This document shows positions 61,758 to 64,000 of a stretch of 64,000 nt of DNA, one piece after another. How positions within the stretch are numbered: the first letter of the stretch is position 1; the number at the start of each line of letters is the position of its first letter. The stretch is from positions 14,942,001 to 15,006,000 of the forward strand of contig OY740809.1 of the NCBI GenBank assembly GCA_963514005.1, read 5' to 3'. The translations under genes were made by a program, and so were the position numbers. The DNA is from Raja brachyura. Lineage: Eukaryota. The notes beneath the pieces were generated by a model that worked only from the letters and a program-made list of their open reading frames with translations, ran no database searches and had not been told where the DNA came from.

Positions 61758-62397
61758 ATAGACAATAGGTGCAGGAGTAGGCCATTTGGCCCTTCGAGTC
61801 AGCATTGCCATTCAATATGATCATAGCTGATCATCCACAATCAGTACCCCGTTCCTGCCTTCTCACCATATCCCCTGACTCCGCTATCTTCAAGAGCTCT
61901 ATCTAACTCTCTCTTGAAAGCATTCAGATAATTGGTCTCCACTGCCTTCTGAAGCAGAGAATTCCAAAGATTCGCAACCCTCTGTTTGAAAAAGTTTTTC
62001 CTCATCTCTGTTCTAATTGGCTTACCCCTTATTCTTAAACTGTGGCCCCTGGTTCTGGACTCCCCCAACATCGGGAACATGTTTCCTGCCTCTAGCATGT
62101 CAAATCCTTAATAATCTTATATGTTTCAATAAGATCCCCCTCATCCTTCTAAATTCCAGCATACAAGCCCAGCCGCTCAATTCTATCAACATATGACAGT
62201 CCTGTCATCCCAGGAATTAACCTTGTGAACCTACGCTGCACTCCCTCAATAGCAAGAATGTCCTTCCTCAAATTTGTAGACCGAAACTGCACAATACTCC
62301 AGATGTGCTCACTAGGGCCCTGTACAACTGCAGGAGAACCTCTTTGCTCCTGTTATGAAGGCCAACATGCCATTCGCTTTTTTCACTGCCTGCTGTT
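61758..62397 (-). mobile_element. CR1 3' fragment
   Basis: SRTRGHSLRIRGKPIRTEMRKNFFKQRVANLWNSL plus 3' UTR. Confidence 0.85.
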
Positions 62398-62749
62398 CAT
62401 GCATGCAGTGGAGTAAAGTATTGCTATGCAAATGCACGATGCCATCTAGTCCAAAGAGCATTGAAATAGTCTACTGAGACAGCATGCAAGAGTTGCCAGC
62501 TTCGGCGCCATTTTTAAAGTCCAATACAGTTTGTGCACTTGGTCACCTGGAGTCCTATGCTGTTGCAGGGCCTCCAGCCATTACCTCTCCATCCAGCCAT
62601 TACCTCTCTATCCAATCTCCCTATCCAATCATTTTTTGTTCCAATTTAATCATAACTGCAAAATGTCTCAGTGATTGATTGTATTAAAAGGACAATGAAC
62701 TGCAGTGCAGTGATCAGAACGTCAACTGGTGCAGGCAGGGCAGCTGACA

Positions 62750-63122
62750 ACATAATCCATCCAGCACATGATCCATATCCCTCCATTCCCTGCCTATCCA
62801 TTCCCTGCCTAACCAAAAGCCTCTTAAATGCCATTATCATATCCTAGTCCACCTCCACCCTGGCTGCTTGTTCCTGGCACCCACCACTCTGTATAAAACT
62901 ACTTGCCTCGCACATCTCCTTTAAAATATGCACACTCACCTTAAAGCTATGCCATCTAGTCTTTGACATTTCCACAGTGGGAGAAATATTCTGACTATCT
63001 ACCCTGTCTATGCTTCTCAATGGTTTTATATGCAGTACATCTATCAGGTCTCCCCCCAGATTTCGACATTCCAGAGAAAACAATCCAAGTTTGTCGAACC
63101 TCTCATAGCTAACACCCTTTAA
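62750..63122 (-). mobile_element. CR1 3' fragment
   Basis: FSLECRNLGGDLIDV..IDRVDSQ..SKTRWHSFKV. Confidence 0.7.
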
Positions 63123-63634
63123 TTGATACCTAGCTTATGAATGACCATTTAGTATTTGATAGAAGGGTAGAAGCTGTTCCGGAGTCTGGTAGTACGGACC
63201 TTCAAGCTGCTGCCTGACATGAGCGGGGAGAAGACGAAATGACCGGGGGTGGGAAAGGTTCTATAATTTTTAAATAGCATGATGTTTGTGAATATTCTTC
63301 CTTCGTCACCAATAATTACATTGCAAATAGATGAAATACACAATTCAATTTCATAGACCAGTAGTTTGTTTATAAAGGACTTTATGTTGATGAATTATTT
63401 GATTTTGGGGGATTGTGGCCTACTGTTAATTAACAAATGCTATATGATGCTATTGCCATCAATAGAACAATATTTTGCCAAATAATCCTTATTATGATGA
63501 TGCTTGTGCAGGCATATCATATCTGCTTATTGCATCAAAGAAAGCTATTAGAAAATGCTGGCATACAGAGCAATATAATTAGCCTAATCATTTTTTTGTA
63601 ACCTCTTCTCATCATATTCCCGTCAACTCCATCA

Positions 63635-63855
63635 AATTCTACCATTCACCCAGAAACTAGGTATGATAAGGAGTAGCTGATTAATCCACCAACCCACACA
63701 TCTTTGGGATGTGGGTGGCAACCAAAGCATCCAGAGGAAACCAACATGATTAGGGGAAACTATGCAAACTATATACAGACAGCATCTCAGTTCAACATTG
63801 AATCTGGTCCTTGCTGTGAAGGAGTATCTTTACAAGCTGTGCCACTGAGCTGCTC
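63635..63855 (-). mobile_element. Degraded V-SINE
   Basis: atctttgggatgtggg...gaggaaacc...caaactatatacagacagca block. Confidence 0.6.
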
Positions 63856-64000
63856 AAGTTGAACTGCGGTCTGTTAGTCAATCAGTTGCAATCTGAATGT
63901 GAGCAGTTTGGGCATTTCTGGAGATCTTCATTGAAGAAGATGACAAACCATTTCTAACCCACAACATATACAATTGTATTTTGGTCTCTTTCTTTACTTT

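Overview
Eukaryotic, repeat-dense and apparently intronic or intergenic DNA. I recognise no host protein-coding gene, and one N gap lies at 7139-7273. The repeat set (CR1 and Rex1/Babar LINEs, HE1/HER1-like V-SINEs, SacSINE1-like Deu-SINEs, Penelope) points to a cartilaginous fish, probably a skate or ray; that is an inference from recalled repeat families, not a database result. Elements supported by sequence structure: (i) a 3.6-kb DIRS1-type retrotransposon (34788-38391) with ITRs, ICR, RT, RNase H and an adenine-methyltransferase-like domain but no tyrosine recombinase; (ii) Penelope GIY-YIG fragments plus more than a dozen short Penelope-terminal-repeat insertions, many carrying a minimal hammerhead-ribozyme core, often palindromic, several with 11-14-bp TSDs; one appears to have captured about 530 bp of neighbouring DNA; (iii) a 1.24-kb internally deleted Gypsy LTR element with tRNA-Leu PBS, PPT and 5-bp TSD; (iv) two non-autonomous Helitrons with different internal minisatellites; (v) several MITEs (a TTAA-flanked pair, a hAT type, a foldback type and an unclassified 1.08-kb TIR element). 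Possible host signals are a CpG-rich island at about 26.3-26.5 kb and a candidate 15-nt microexon at 47366-47380. Boundaries of degraded LINE and SINE fragments are approximate.
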